Assembly: GCA_046346795.1 (NCBI GenBank)
Contig: JAXMHJ010000019.1
Location: forward strand, 1,305 to 65,304
Origin: Kiritimatiellia bacterium
Lineage (GTDB): Bacteria; Verrucomicrobiota; Kiritimatiellia; SS1-B-03-39; UBA6053
Direction of reading: 5' to 3'
Length of the DNA: 64,000 nucleotides
This document shows positions 62,931-64,000 of the stretch, piece by piece. The position numbers were made by a program, and so were the translations under genes. Under the pieces are notes generated by a model. It saw only the letters and a program-made list of their open reading frames with translations, was not told the DNA's origin and made no database searches. Within the stretch, counting starts at the first letter, position 1; each line of letters opens with the position of its first letter.

Positions 62931-64000
62931 ATGCTCTTGGCCGCCGCGGGGGTGAATGTCGCCCTCGCGCTGGAGTCGCGCGCCGGGTGGGTGCCGACCC
63001 AGGCGGCCCAGGTGGACCGGGTGCAGAAGTCCATGGCCTTCTCTCTCGCGCCCCGGCCGGGCCTGACCCAGATGGCGATCTTCGATGCCGACGGGGACGC
63101 GGATCTGGACGTCTGGAACATCTCCTATGATCGCGGCGTGGCGTTCCGGAATGCCGGCACCCCGCGAAATCCTTCCTGGGAGCGGGTGACCGAAACGGCC
63201 TTCCCCGCGTCGATTCCCGCCATTTTCCAGGCGTCGCCCATGGACATGGATGGCGACGGGGACCTCGATTTTCTCGTGACCTTCGCCACGTATCAATACG
63301 TTCTCCGCTGGATCCGGAACACCGGAACCCGCGCCAAGCCGGTCTGGGAGGTGGATCCAACCCCGGTGAGCTTTCCCGGCGGAATCCCCGACTTTCGCGC
63401 CGTGCCGGTCTTCGCCACGGGCGATCTGGACCAGGACTCCATTCCCGACCTGGTCATCGCCGGTATGGTGCTGGACAGCGCCAGCAGTTCGGGCGAGCGT
63501 CTCAGGGTGTATCGCTCGGAGCGGGTGGCCTGTCCCGGAGGCGGCTGCTGGGGACCCCTGTCCTTCCTGGCCGATCTCCGTCCGGCGACCTCCGAACTCG
63601 CGAACTCCGCCAATATCGGTAATCTTCACATCGCCGACTTGAACGGAGACGGTGCCCCGGAAATTGTGGGGGCCGGAAGTTTTCACCTCTATGGTACGCC
63701 GGTTTCCCACTATGGACTCGTGGTGCTGCCCAACCACGGGACTCCGGCCACACCCGCATGGGGACCGTCGCGTTTTTCCTTCGAAGAACCCGATCACCCC
63801 GACCTCCACGGTCTCAAGGGCTTTCTCAGCGAGTACGCCGCCTTTGCGGACATCGACGCCGACGGCGACCTCGACCTGTTCACCGCCGAGGGCTGTTTCC
63901 AGAACCGGGGGACGTCCACCCAGCCGGTGTATCCGGACACCGGGGATCTGTTGTTTTTCTCCATCCGCGCCGGCACCGATTGCCGTCCCGTCTGCGAGGA
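62931..64000 (+). CDS. FG-GAP/VCBS-repeat protein, 3' end outside the window
   Basis: This frame is not in the ORF track because it has no stop before the window edge. I translated it by hand from ATG 62931: MLLAAAGVNVALA...IFDADGDADLDVWN...PMDMDGDGDLDFLV...ATGDLDQDSIPDLVIAG...IADLNGDGAPEIVGAG...FADIDADGDLDLFTAEG. These recurrent Ca-binding D.DGD.D(L/I) motifs are typical of FG-GAP repeats. ORF 62913..63809 on the opposite strand is its shadow. Confidence 0.75.
   Translation, partial: MLLAAAGVNVALALESRAGWVPTQAAQVDRVQKSMAFSLAPRPGLTQMAIFDADGDADLDVWNISYDRGVAFRNAGTPRNPSWERVTETAFPASIPAIFQASPMDMDGDGDLDFLVTFATYQYVLRWIRNTGTRAKPVWEVDPTPVSFPGGIPDFRAVPVFATGDLDQDSIPDLVIAGMVLDSASSSGERLRVYRSERVACPGGGCWGPLSFLADLRPATSELANSANIGNLHIADLNGDGAPEIVGAGSFHLYGTPVSHYGLVVLPNHGTPATPAWGPSRFSFEEPDHPDLHGLKGFLSEYAAFADIDADGDLDLFTAEGCFQNRGTSTQPVYPDTGDLLFFSIRAGTDCRPVCE

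Noticed and set aside
62913-63809. A 298-aa minus-strand ORF at the right edge.
   Set aside because: It is opposite a plus-strand frame with clear FG-GAP-type D.DGD.D repeats and a signal-like start at 62931. The minus-strand translation is Gly/Arg/Pro-rich shadow.

Overview
This is a high-GC bacterial chromosomal segment. GC is judged by eye only and was not computed. The gene content looks like the PVC group, probably Verrucomicrobiota or Kiritimatiellota: PEP-CTERM anchors, autotransporter-associated beta-strand repeat proteins, a lamin-tail-domain protein, FG-GAP repeats, and very long GC-driven antisense shadow ORFs.

Gene order from left to right:
- a partial Gfo/Idh/MocA-type oxidoreductase, a polytopic membrane protein, a small secreted protein, lpxI, a Fur-family regulator and a small secreted protein
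- a short AT-richer islet (about 4.98-6.6 kb) holding palindromic repeat elements and an ankyrin-repeat lipoprotein gene
- a frameshifted AAA/DUF4143 ATPase gene on the minus strand
- a sensor kinase with a large alpha-galactosidase-like extracytoplasmic domain, plus a NarL-type response regulator
- three tandem mosaic autotransporter-repeat/PEP-CTERM paralogues (11.6-20.7 kb)
- a 28.5-kb plus-strand block (20.8-49.4 kb), described below
- a convergent polyprenyl glycosylphosphotransferase, an indel-damaged MFS transporter, DUF485 and ActP, an outer-membrane barrel, and an ECF sigma / anti-sigma / lipoprotein / caspase-like peptidase module
- a second copy of the palindromic element, then three more secreted or anchored proteins (LTD-PEP-CTERM, unknown, FG-GAP)

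The 28.5-kb block is the best candidate for an undescribed system. Its four cistrons are chained by 4-nt start/stop overlaps:
- an 1816-aa helical protein with a possible Pol-beta nucleotidyltransferase signature
- an 841-aa secreted protein
- an 1108-aa FlgD-Ig/Ig-like repeat protein
- a roughly 5.7-kilocodon surface-protein reading unit built from split PPC domains, discoidin-like domains and about 20 Fn3/Ig-like units

I found no rRNA, tRNA, CRISPR array or transposase.

Many genes carry 1-nt frame breaks, and these are strongly clustered at 32.1-35.7 kb and 42.0-44.6 kb. From the sequence alone I cannot separate assembly indel errors from real pseudogenisation. All domain names come from motif recognition by eye; no database search was possible.
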